From: an uncultured beta proteobacterium
Lineage (GTDB): Bacteria > Pseudomonadota > Gammaproteobacteria > Burkholderiales > Casimicrobiaceae
DNA: 64,000 nt
Reading direction: 5' to 3'
Assembly (NCBI GenBank): GCA_963708855.1
Contig: CAVPUM010000003.1
Location: 50,407-114,406 of the forward strand
Part shown: piece after piece, positions 1-8,463 of the stretch
How the letters are laid out: the number at the start of each line of letters is the position of its first letter
How positions within the stretch are numbered: the stretch's first letter is position 1
The notes under the pieces: generated by a model
The model's database searches: none
The model's input: only the letters and a program-made list of their open reading frames with translations
Told to the model about the DNA's origin: nothing
Made by a program: the position numbers and the translations under genes

Positions 1-2
1 TG

Positions 3-668
3 CTACACACCTACGCCGGACGGGCGGGCGGCAGTCCGCTGATGCTGTCGTACCGGGACATCGTCGTCGCCTACAGCGGCAGCGGTAAGGCGTCGCGGCT
101 CGAATCGGCGCTGCGCGGGCCGATGTCGAGCATGTTGCGGCCCGACGAGACCAGCGCCATCATTGCCTGGGTGCAGGATGGCGCCGATCGTGCGAAGTAC
201 GAGAGCGAGATCAAGCCGACGATCGAGCAGCGCTGCCTCACCTGCCACGACGGGAGCGTCAATCCGCACCTGCCGAACTTCAACAGCTACGACAGCTTGA
301 AGAAAGTGACCGAGCAGGACACCGGCGCGAATGTCTTCACGCTCGTTCGCGTGTCGCACATCCACCTGTTCGGGGTCACGTTCATCTTCTTCATCGTGGG
401 CACCATCTTCAGCCACGCCTACGTCCGTCCGGTGTGGTTCAAGTGCACTGTTATCGCCCTTCCGTTCGGCGCCCTCTTCGTCGACATCGCATCGTGGTAC
501 TTCACGAAGCTCTATCATCCGTTCGCCATCGTGGTGATGCTCGCCGGCGCGATCATGGGGCTGTGCTTCGCCTTCATGTGGGTGGTCAGCATGTACCAGC
601 TCTGGTTCTCCCCGACGCCCTCGCCCGTAGCCCAGCGCGAGAGCGGCGACCTGCCCGCGATCGACTGA
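3..668 (+). CDS. membrane protein with one CxxCH haem-c motif (5' end probably outside window)
   Basis: Frame is open from the window edge (first in-frame ATG at 42). CLTCH motif is followed by hydrophobic helices (VTFIFFIVGTIF, VIALPFGALFV, AIVVMLAGAIMGLCFAFMWVV). TGA at 666-668. No family name recognised. Confidence 0.55.
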   Translation, partial: LHTYAGRAGGSPLMLSYRDIVVAYSGSGKASRLESALRGPMSSMLRPDETSAIIAWVQDGADRAKYESEIKPTIEQRCLTCHDGSVNPHLPNFNSYDSLKKVTEQDTGANVFTLVRVSHIHLFGVTFIFFIVGTIFSHAYVRPVWFKCTVIALPFGALFVDIASWYFTKLYHPFAIVVMLAGAIMGLCFAFMWVVSMYQLWFSPTPSPVAQRESGDLPAID

Positions 669-765
669 GGCGGCATCGGCCCGGGGAACAAGTGTGCGCC
701 GATCGACGTCGACGAGGAGGACCGGCTCCGGCGCTTCGCAAGCCATCGCAATTCGAGGAATCGTC

Positions 766-1857
766 ATGACGCAGATCGCAGGCTTTACTGTTACCCGGTT
801 GGTCGACAAGGCGCGGTGGTGGCTCGTCATGTTAGCCGTCGCCGCGTTGACGACCGGGCTCGCATCCGGAGCGTCTTCGGCGCAGAGCGCCGAGCGCAGC
901 GGCAAGGACGTCGTGGCGGCGTCGTGTGTCGCCTGCCACGGCAGCGGCGCGAACGGCGCACCCAGGATCGGCGACAAGAAGGCTTGGGAGAAGCGCGCGG
1001 CTCAGGGCCTGACCGGCCTCACGGCCAACGCGCTCAAGGGCATCCGGCAGATGCCGTCGCACGGCGGAAACACCAATCTGACGGACACGGAAGTCGAGCG
1101 CGCGATCACCTACATGGTCAACCAGTCGGGCGGCAAATGGGTCGAACCGACGAGCCGCACGGCCAAGACAGCCGACCGCACCGGCGAACAGGTCGTGCAG
1201 GCACGGTGCATCAAGTGCCACCAGACGGGCGAGGGCGGCGCGCCGAAGATCGGCGACCGCGCAGCATGGATCCCGCGCGTCAAGCAAGGGCTCGACGTCG
1301 TGGTCCGCTCGGCGATCCAGGGCCACGGCGGCATGCCGGCGCGCGGCGGACAGGCCGACCTCACCGATGCGGAAATGCGCAATGCAGTGATCTACATGTT
1401 CAATCAAGGTACCGCGCCGGCCGGCGGCGCGACCGCGGCTGCGCCGTCGGTTCCGGCGCCCCGATCCGACGCCACGCACAAGGTCGTCGCCGGAACGGCG
1501 ATCGAATTGGGCGTCGTCTCGGCCGAATCGCTGCGCGCGCAGCACCCCAAGCCGGACGCGGAAAGCACGATGCACGGAGGGATTCCGACCGGCAGTGGCT
1601 TTTTCCACGTGAACATCTCGCTGCGCGATACGGCGACGAATGACACAATCAAGGATGCCGAGGTCGAGGTGAGGGTCGCTAATCCCGTCACCGGCAGCGA
1701 AACAAAGAAGCTCGACCCGATCGCGATTGGCGGCACGCCGAGCTACGGAAATTACTTCCGGATGCCCGGCAAGGAACCCTACACGATCGTGGTGCAGGTC
1801 AGCCGACCGGGCGTGCCCCGGCTTATCGAGGCCAGGTTCGCCTACCGGCACGACTGA
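766..1857 (+). CDS. dihaem class-I cytochrome c (c5-like repeats) fused to a C-terminal beta-rich domain
   Basis: GAGGAA lies 6 nt before ATG 766. Leader WWLVMLAVAALTTGLASGA. Two repeats, CVACHG...MPSHGG and CIKCHQ...MPARGG. An Ala/Pro linker precedes a ~130-aa tail (FHVNISL...YGNYFRM...YTIVVQV). Confidence 0.75.
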   Translation: MTQIAGFTVTRLVDKARWWLVMLAVAALTTGLASGASSAQSAERSGKDVVAASCVACHGSGANGAPRIGDKKAWEKRAAQGLTGLTANALKGIRQMPSHGGNTNLTDTEVERAITYMVNQSGGKWVEPTSRTAKTADRTGEQVVQARCIKCHQTGEGGAPKIGDRAAWIPRVKQGLDVVVRSAIQGHGGMPARGGQADLTDAEMRNAVIYMFNQGTAPAGGATAAAPSVPAPRSDATHKVVAGTAIELGVVSAESLRAQHPKPDAESTMHGGIPTGSGFFHVNISLRDTATNDTIKDAEVEVRVANPVTGSETKKLDPIAIGGTPSYGNYFRMPGKEPYTIVVQVSRPGVPRLIEARFAYRHD

Positions 1858-1889
1858 GCACGGGTCCGCGTGCGAAGGTACGGAGACGG

Positions 1890-2375
1890 TCAGTACCGCC
1901 CGTGCTGCTTGTAGATGTAGTTGGACAGCTCGACCTGCTGCATCGACAGCCGGCGCTGGATCTGGTGGACGACGCGGATGATCGCGCGCATCACGCGATA
2001 GACGATCTCCGGATGCGACTGCAATATCGACTCCAGCTTCTCGCGCTCGATGCCCAGCACGCGCGTGGCGCCAAGCGCGACCTTGGACGCGTAGAGCACC
2101 GAGCCGTCCATGAACCCCATCTCGCCGATGAAGTCGCCCTGCGAAAGCGTGTTGATCGTCAACGCCTGATCGGTGTCGGCATTCTTGATCACGCCGAGCG
2201 AGCCTTGCAGGATCACATACAGGTGGTTGTCGACGGCGCCCTCCTCCACCAGGACTTCGCCCTGCTTCAGTTCGCGCAGCGTCACGAGTTTGGCCAGGAT
2301 ACGGCACTGCTCGTCGGTAAGCTCGGCGGCGAGCTTGGTCGAGCGCACGGCTTCGAATGGGGATGGATCGGTCAT
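1890..2375 (-). CDS. cyclic nucleotide-binding domain protein (161 aa)
   Basis: cNMP-binding fold pattern (LKQGEVLVEEG, LYVILQGSL, GDFIGEMGF...AS). ATG at 2375 overlaps the upstream stop as ATGA. Confidence 0.75.
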   Translation of the reverse strand: MTDPSPFEAVRSTKLAAELTDEQCRILAKLVTLRELKQGEVLVEEGAVDNHLYVILQGSLGVIKNADTDQALTINTLSQGDFIGEMGFMDGSVLYASKVALGATRVLGIEREKLESILQSHPEIVYRVMRAIIRVVHQIQRRLSMQQVELSNYIYKQHGRY

Positions 2376-2959
2376 GACGATGTGCTCCTGTGGAAGGGGT
2401 CGTCGCTGTTGCCGGGGAGCCTCGGCCCGGAGGCGGCCTGCGGTGATGTGATCGGCGTCAAGGTGGACATCGTTGCGATTGGCGGCGGCGGAGGGACGGT
2501 GCTCGCGCCCCCGGAAGCGACGCCACCGCCGGGGGCGTACACCTGGTCGGCCCGCGCCACGAACCGGTCGACCAGCGTGTTGGCGATGCGGTCGAAGACC
2601 GGCCGCGCGATTCGCGCCATCGCCGTGCTGTCGAAATCGTAGCGCAGCCCGAAATCGATGCGGCAGCCGTCGGCGGCAAGCGGCGTCAGGTCCCAGACGC
2701 CGTCGAAGTGCCGGAACGGGCCCCGCTCGAGGTGGATCGTCATCGCGGTCGGACGCCGTTTCGGATTGCGCGTCCGAAAGTCGAAGCGCACACCGAGGTA
2801 GTTGACTGTGATGTCCGCGACCACCGTGTTCTCGTCGCGGGCGACGACGGTCGCGCCGCTGCACCAGGGCAGGAAGTCGGGGTAGTGCTCGCACGCCTCG
2901 ATGAGGTCGAACATCTGCTCGGCCGAATGGCCGACGAGCACCGTCTTGCGCACGTCCAT
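2372..2959 (-). CDS. ratA: SRPBCC RatA/COQ10-like protein with Gly/Pro-rich C-terminal tail
   Basis: MFDLIEACEHYPDFLPWC...GPFRHFDGVWDLTPL...CRIDFGLRYDF matches the RatA(YfjG)/COQ10 family. ATG at 2959. About 50 extra low-complexity residues at the C-terminus. Confidence 0.7.
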   Translation of the reverse strand: MDVRKTVLVGHSAEQMFDLIEACEHYPDFLPWCSGATVVARDENTVVADITVNYLGVRFDFRTRNPKRRPTAMTIHLERGPFRHFDGVWDLTPLAADGCRIDFGLRYDFDSTAMARIARPVFDRIANTLVDRFVARADQVYAPGGGVASGGASTVPPPPPIATMSTLTPITSPQAASGPRLPGNSDDPFHRSTSS

Positions 2960-3243
2960 GCGGCATATTGTTTCACAGCGGCACCGTCCGCGGCGCACCG
3001 GAGTCGCGTCCGCACGCTCCGGCCCCTTTCGGCATCCGGGCGTGTTCAGCGCCGACGCCGGTCGCCGGGGCGGCCCGCCTGCGAGCGCCCCGGGGGGTTC
3101 CGGCGCCTGCGATGAACTGCGGAACCCTGCCCGCGCTTGATGTAGCGCAATACCTTTGCGCGCGGGACCGGTAGCCTCCCGAGGTGTGGTTTCACCATCG
3201 CCCGTGCGCATTGCGCCGGGCACTTTCTGACGAAGGAGCGAAG

Positions 3244-3528
3244 ATGAAGTCGATCGTTTTGGCGGCCGTCGTGGCCGCGGGGATCGCCGTGTCCGGCGCA
3301 GCGAACGCATCCGAAGCGCTGGCGAAAAGCAGCGGCTGCATGACGTGCCACGACATGGCCACCAAGAAGATGGGGCCGTCGTACAAGGACATCGCGGCCA
3401 AGTACAAGGGCAAGGCGGATGCGGAAAAGACGATCGTCGCGAATCTGAAGGCTGCCAAGGGCCATCCGGCCGTCAAGACGTCGGATGCCGATACGGTCAC
3501 GCTGGTGAAGTGGATCCTCGCGATGTAG
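3244..3528 (+). CDS. small soluble monohaem cytochrome c (c551/c552-like)
   Basis: AAGGAG before ATG 3244. Signal peptide, single CMTCH, KYKGK, and C-terminal LVKWIL. Confidence 0.85.
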   Translation: MKSIVLAAVVAAGIAVSGAANASEALAKSSGCMTCHDMATKKMGPSYKDIAAKYKGKADAEKTIVANLKAAKGHPAVKTSDADTVTLVKWILAM

Positions 3529-3666
3529 GCATCGGCGCCCGAGCGGTGTCAACCCCGCGCCTCGCCCGTGCGTTAGAATGCGGCACGGGGCGCCGGGGGT
3601 TCGCCGGCAATGTGATTTGCCCGCACATCCGTCGGCCGGGCACTTGCGCAAAGAGGAGCAACCAGC

Positions 3667-3951
3667 ATGAAATCGATCGTTATTGCGGCCATCGTGGCCG
3701 TTGGGATGGCGGCTGCCGGCACGGCCAGCGCGCAGGAGGCACTGGCCAAGAGCAGCGGTTGCATGACCTGCCACGACATCAACACGAAGAAGATGGGCCC
3801 GGCGTTCAAGGAAACGGCCGCCAAGTACAAGGGCAAGGCCGATGCCGAGGCCAAGCTCGTGACAATGCTCTCCACGGCCAAGGGTCACCCGGAAGTGAAG
3901 GCGAAGGGCGACGACCTGAAGGGCCTCGTCAAATGGGTGCTGTCGCTGTAG
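3667..3951 (+). CDS. small soluble monohaem cytochrome c, tandem paralogue
   Basis: GAGGAG before ATG 3667. 94 aa, 61/94 residues identical to the 3244-3528 product by manual alignment. CMTCH, KYKGKADAE, LVKWVL. Confidence 0.85.
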   Translation: MKSIVIAAIVAVGMAAAGTASAQEALAKSSGCMTCHDINTKKMGPAFKETAAKYKGKADAEAKLVTMLSTAKGHPEVKAKGDDLKGLVKWVLSL

Positions 3952-3972
3952 CAGCTGAGCCCGTTCCCCTCG

Positions 3973-3998
3973 AAAAGGCCGGCGGACGCCGGCTTTTT
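3973..3998 (+). terminator. rho-independent terminator after cytochrome c pair
   Basis: AAAAG-GCCGGC-GGAC-GCCGGC-TTTTT hairpin about 20 nt after the stop at 3951. Confidence 0.7.
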
Positions 3999-4137
3999 CG
4001 TTGCCTGACCGGCGCAATCCGCCGCGATGTGCGTCGAGCTTGCGCCAGCGCAAACACCGCGATCCGCAACCGGGGCCGCTGCGGATAAGATGTGACGTTT
4101 CGTCGCACCACCGCTCGCCCCACCCCTGCTCCAAGGC

Positions 4138-5526
4138 ATGCCCGCCGACGCCGAAACCGCCGTTTCCGCTGCCCCGCTCCAGGGTGAGGGCAAGACGCCC
4201 GCGCCCGCTGCCTGGTGGCGTTCCGCTCCACTGACCCCGGACCGGACCGATCCTCCCGCGCGGTGGCAGGATCCGGCGCTTCCGGCCAGTGTGCGGCAAC
4301 TCATCGACCTGCGCAGCATCGCGATCGCGGGTCAGACGCTCGCGGTGGCGGGGGCCGTCCTGCTTGGAGTGTCGCTCCCCGTCGTCCCGATGGCGATCAT
4401 CATCGCTGCGCTCGTTGCGTTGAATATCGTCGCCTCGGTGCGCCAGAAACGGGGGTCGCCGGCCACGCATGGCGCCGTCGCCGCCCAGCTAGCGCTCGAC
4501 CTCGCGGCCTTCACCGCCCTCCTGCTCCTCGCCGGCGGATCGGCCAATCCGCTCACCTCCATCTACCTGCTGCACGTGGTCGTGATCGCGACGCTGCTGC
4601 CGTGGCGAAGCGCGCTCGCCGGCACGGCGCTCGTCATCGCGAGCCTTGCGCTGGCGATTCGCTTTGCGGAGCCGTTGCGGCACGCGGACGGCCAGCCGCT
4701 GTCGGAGGCGACGCTGGCGGTCGGTCTTTGGGTCAGCTTCGCGCTGACCGCGGCCGTGACCGCCTGGTTCGTCATCCGGCTCATCGCCACGCTGTGCGAG
4801 CACGAACGCCTGCTGCAGGAAGCCGCGCGACGGGCGCTGAACGACGAGACGGTCATGCGCATAGGCACGCTGGCGGCCGGCGCCGCGCACGAGCTCGGAA
4901 CGCCGCTCACCACGATGACCATGGTCGTCGGCGAAATGCAGCGCGAAGCCGATACGCCGGCGCGGCAGCGCGACACCGCGATCCTGGCCGCGCAGATAGA
5001 GGCGTGCCGGCAGGCGCTGTCCAATCTGTGCGCGGCTGCGGGTCACGCCCGCGCCGAGGACGGCGGTCCGGAGAGGTTCGACGCGTTTCTGGCATCGGTG
5101 GCGGCGCGGTTCCGCGCGATGCGACCCGATGTTCCGCTGCAGACCCGCTGGGACGGCGCACTCCCGGCGCCGGAGATCTTCGCCGACCGGTCGCTGCGAC
5201 AGTCGCTGCTGATTCTTCTCAACAACGCTGCCGACGCCTCCCCGCATCGGGTCGACATCACGGCCCGCTGGGACGCGCAATCGCTTTACGTGGCCGTCAC
5301 TGACCGCGGTAGCGGCGTTGCGCCCGACCACATCGACATGCTGGGACGAGCTTTCTTCACGACGAAGGCTCCCGGGCAGGGCACCGGACTCGGGCTTGTC
5401 CTCGCCGCGTCGACGGTGAGTCGCCTCGGTGGTACAGTCCGCTGGTCGAATCGCGGCGACGGCGGGCTCTGCGCAGAGATCCGGTTGCCGCTGGATCGCC
5501 TGCTGCTGTCGTCGCCATGCCCATGA
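4138..5526 (+). CDS. regB: RegB/PrrB/ActS-type redox-sensing histidine kinase
   Basis: Polytopic N-terminus with a GGSANPL (RegB quinone-site-like GGxxNPF) motif. H-box AHELGTPLTTM, Cys in IEACRQAL, N/G boxes LLNNAADAS, DRGSGV, GTGLGL. 10-nt overlap with regA. Confidence 0.8.
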   Translation: MPADAETAVSAAPLQGEGKTPAPAAWWRSAPLTPDRTDPPARWQDPALPASVRQLIDLRSIAIAGQTLAVAGAVLLGVSLPVVPMAIIIAALVALNIVASVRQKRGSPATHGAVAAQLALDLAAFTALLLLAGGSANPLTSIYLLHVVVIATLLPWRSALAGTALVIASLALAIRFAEPLRHADGQPLSEATLAVGLWVSFALTAAVTAWFVIRLIATLCEHERLLQEAARRALNDETVMRIGTLAAGAAHELGTPLTTMTMVVGEMQREADTPARQRDTAILAAQIEACRQALSNLCAAAGHARAEDGGPERFDAFLASVAARFRAMRPDVPLQTRWDGALPAPEIFADRSLRQSLLILLNNAADASPHRVDITARWDAQSLYVAVTDRGSGVAPDHIDMLGRAFFTTKAPGQGTGLGLVLAASTVSRLGGTVRWSNRGDGGLCAEIRLPLDRLLLSSPCP

Positions 5527-6080
5527 ACCCCGCCAAACCCGATTCGCACGATCGAGCGCGCCTGTTGCTGGTCGACGACGATCGTGCGCTTTGCGAGGTC
5601 ATGGGACGGGCGTTCGCGGCGCGCGGATTCGACGTGGTCGCCGTGCACACGGTGGAAGACGCGATCCGCACGATCGACGGTGATCCGCCCGAGTTCGCAA
5701 TCGTCGACCTCAAGCTGCCCGACCATTCGGGCCTCAAGATCGTGTCTCACCTCAAGACGGCGGATGCCTGCACGCGCATCGTCGTGCTCACCGGGCACGG
5801 CAGCATCCCGACGGCGATCGAGGCGATCAAGCTCGGCGCGACGTATTACCTTACCAAGCCCACCGACGCCGACGCCGTGCTGGCGGCATTCGGACGGGAG
5901 GGTGGTGACGACGCCGTGCCGATCGACGCGAAGCCCATGAGCGTCGAACGCGTCGAGTGGGAGCATATCCAGCACGTTCTGCATGAGAACGGCGGGAATG
6001 TCTCCGCGACAGCGCGCGCGCTGTCGATGCACCGGCGCACGCTGCAACGCAAGCTCCTTCGCCGACCGGCGAAGGCCTGA
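5517..6080 (+). CDS. regA: RegA/PrrA/ActR-type response regulator
   Basis: Receiver domain (LLLVDDD, DLKLPD, LTKP) plus the near-invariant RegA HTH NVSATARALSMHRRTLQRKL. Confidence 0.88.
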   Translation: MPMNPAKPDSHDRARLLLVDDDRALCEVMGRAFAARGFDVVAVHTVEDAIRTIDGDPPEFAIVDLKLPDHSGLKIVSHLKTADACTRIVVLTGHGSIPTAIEAIKLGATYYLTKPTDADAVLAAFGREGGDDAVPIDAKPMSVERVEWEHIQHVLHENGGNVSATARALSMHRRTLQRKLLRRPAKA

Positions 6081-6171
6081 CGCGCCCGCGGGAAGCGGGA
6101 AGCCGGGCGCGCGGCCAAGCCCGCACCCGGGCGACCGCCGCTGGAGGCAGCGAGGGTCGAGGCCGCTTCCC

Positions 6172-7518
6172 TCAGCCCTTCGTCGCGTCGAGGTTCATCT
6201 CCGGCCATTTCCTGCCGTGGCAGGCCGGATTGGAACAGAAGCTGCCGCCGTCCTTGCCCCACTTGATCGGGCCGTGGCACATCGCGCACGAGCTGTCGAT
6301 CTTCGAGCGGTGGTCGTGCATCCAGTTCGGCGCGTTGTGGCCTTCCGGCGGCGTCAGGCCCTGAGCGACGGTCGACGCGACGGTCTTCAGACTGCCGTCG
6401 ATCGTGACCTGCGGGAGGTCGTGGCACAGCGTGCACTGCAGCCTGATCGCCTCGCCCTTCTCGTTCACGTGCTTGCCGTCGTGGCAGCGGAAGCAACCGG
6501 GGAAGTCCTTGTGCCCGACGTGGTTCGGGAACGACTTCCACGTGAGGTCCTTCGCCTCGAACTCGGACAGCTTGAGGACTTCGAGCATCGCCGCCGCGAA
6601 CTGCGCCTCGGCCGCCTTCGCCTCGGGCTTCAGCTCGCCCTTGGGCGCCGCGTCGGCGATGATCTGCTGGAATTTCGGGACCTGTTCCTCCATCGGGCCG
6701 TGCAGCGTCGAGGCCTTGTCGATGATCGCGAGCGCGCGCGCCTTGATCGACGGCAGGCTGCGGTCGATCTTGCCCTCCGAGATCGCCTGGTCGACGCGAT
6801 CCGACGGGTTGACGAACGGGTGGCCCGCCGCATTGTGGCAGTCGGAGCACTCCATCCGCTGCTTCGGCTTCTGGTCCATCTCGGCACGGCCGACCTTGCT
6901 CGCGGCGTCGAAGTAGGTCGTGGTCTTGCCGTCCTTGCCCGTGATGCGAACCCAGGGGATCGTGCGCTTCTGCGCGTCGTCGGTGACGAACTCGACGTTC
7001 TGGGCGATGTGCCAGTGAATGCCGCGCGTCGCCTTGTCGCGCGCCTCGCCGCTGCCCGTGTGCACGACGAGCCGCGTGCGCGTTTCCGTGTTCTTGGCGT
7101 CGGCTTCGTAGTGGACCTTGGTGCGGACCCGGTCGGAGTGGTTGACCTCCGGCCAGTGACAGCTCTCGCAGTTGTCGCGAGCCGGGCGCAGCGTCGTGGC
7201 CGCGAGCGGCCGCTTGTACCCGGTGACCATGCCCAGCAGCTCGTGGTAGTGCGCCATCTTGAGCGTCATCAGCTGCAGCGTGGGCAGCCGCCCCATGTGG
7301 CACTCGACGCACTGGACGCGCGCGTGCGACGCGACGGCGTAGGCCCGCGGCTCCTCCGGGTGGACCGCGTGGCAGTTGTCGGTGCAGAACGCGTTGCTGT
7401 TGCTGTACTCCCACGCGACGATGCCGCCCGCGCCCAGGACCGCCAGAGCGATGGCGCCGACGACGAGCGTGGTCACCGTGCCCAGCATCAAGGTGCGCCG
7501 CCCCAATGTGATCTTCAT
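6172..7518 (-). CDS. membrane-anchored multihaem cytochrome c, NapC/NirT-like N-terminus (up to 8 haems)
   Basis: GGGAGGGA RBS before ATG 7518. N-terminal TM helix. Motifs CTDNCH (CX3CH), CVECH, CESCH, CSDCH, CFRCH, CTLCH, CAMCH, CSNPACH (CX4CH). Confidence 0.8.
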   Translation of the reverse strand: MKITLGRRTLMLGTVTTLVVGAIALAVLGAGGIVAWEYSNSNAFCTDNCHAVHPEEPRAYAVASHARVQCVECHMGRLPTLQLMTLKMAHYHELLGMVTGYKRPLAATTLRPARDNCESCHWPEVNHSDRVRTKVHYEADAKNTETRTRLVVHTGSGEARDKATRGIHWHIAQNVEFVTDDAQKRTIPWVRITGKDGKTTTYFDAASKVGRAEMDQKPKQRMECSDCHNAAGHPFVNPSDRVDQAISEGKIDRSLPSIKARALAIIDKASTLHGPMEEQVPKFQQIIADAAPKGELKPEAKAAEAQFAAAMLEVLKLSEFEAKDLTWKSFPNHVGHKDFPGCFRCHDGKHVNEKGEAIRLQCTLCHDLPQVTIDGSLKTVASTVAQGLTPPEGHNAPNWMHDHRSKIDSSCAMCHGPIKWGKDGGSFCSNPACHGRKWPEMNLDATKG

Positions 7519-7584
7519 CGCCGATTCCCTCCCTGTGGTCCCGCGCACCGGTGGCCGGGTGCAACGACCTGCCGGATATTGTAA

Positions 7585-8463
7585 CTAGAAGATGCTGTAG
7601 ACGATCAGCACGATCGCCACGATGCCGAGCGTCAGCGCCGTGCCGCCGACGACCCAGCCGAACCACTTCGCTTCGGCGGTCGGCGCCGGCGCTTCCTTCT
7701 CGGCGAGCCGGCCTTCCCTGACCAGCCGCTCGTATTCGGCCAGGCGCTCCGACTTGAGCTCGTGCTCGGAAATGCGCCCGGTGAAGATCACGGTGTCCAT
7801 CGGGAACTTCGCGGGCCGCACGTGGCCGTTGAAGAAGTGGAAGGTGAAGATGAAGCCGGCGGCGAGCAGCGCCTCCTCGCCGTGCACCAGCGCCGCGATG
7901 TTGAACATCCAGCCGGGCAGGAGCTGCGAGAAGAACACCGGGAACCAGAGCAGCAGCCCGGAGCCGCCGATGATCACCATCCCCCAGAACACCGCCCAGT
8001 AGTCGAACTTCTCCCAGTAGGTCCAGCGGTCGAACTGGGGCTGCGGCCCGGCGCCGACGAACCACTTGAAGTTGCGCACGATGTCGACGATGTCCTGCGG
8101 TTGCGGCACCAGCGAGTCCGGGCCCCAGAGGAGCGGCAGGACGCCGCCGCGCGCGATCGCCTTCGACAGCAGGAGGACCACGTGGCTCGAGAACACGAGG
8201 ATCATCACGCACGCGCAGATCCGGTGAATGACGCCGGCGCTCTCGAACCCGCCGAGGATGCGCGCGAGCGTCGCGGCCCACGGCTCGTCCGCGTACAGAA
8301 GCGGCAGGCCGGTCAGCGCGCAGCCGACGAAAGTCAGCATCAGCCCCGCGTGCATGACGCGCTGGGGCGCCGTGAAGCGCCGGTAGTAGCGCTGCGCGGG
8401 ACCGGCGGTGCCGGCCGCGACGCCGGCCGCCGGAGCAGCCGGATTACCCGTAGCGATCGCCAT
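7585..8463 (-). CDS. b-type cytochrome membrane subunit (FdnI/HydC, PF01292-like)
   Basis: ATG 8463 shares one base with the upstream TGA (TGATG). Multiple hydrophobic helices carry His in VMHAG, VIHRI, LVHGEE, FTFHFF. Confidence 0.7.
   Translation of the reverse strand: MAIATGNPAAPAAGVAAGTAGPAQRYYRRFTAPQRVMHAGLMLTFVGCALTGLPLLYADEPWAATLARILGGFESAGVIHRICACVMILVFSSHVVLLLSKAIARGGVLPLLWGPDSLVPQPQDIVDIVRNFKWFVGAGPQPQFDRWTYWEKFDYWAVFWGMVIIGGSGLLLWFPVFFSQLLPGWMFNIAALVHGEEALLAAGFIFTFHFFNGHVRPAKFPMDTVIFTGRISEHELKSERLAEYERLVREGRLAEKEAPAPTAEAKWFGWVVGGTALTLGIVAIVLIVYSIF

Noticed and set aside
3565-3589. Hairpin between the two small cytochrome c genes as an intrinsic terminator
   Set aside because: It has a 7-bp GC stem with an 11-nt loop but no downstream T-tract. 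It is more likely an mRNA structure than a terminator, so it is not listed as a feature.
5846-8281. Very long ORFs in alternative frames or strands (5846-8281, 19142-21445, 46196-47251, 832-2307, 3046-4470 and similar)
   Set aside because: These are typical high-GC shadow ORFs. They are Arg/Ala/Gly/Pro-dominated with no motifs, and each overlaps a gene with clear family signatures on the other strand or frame.
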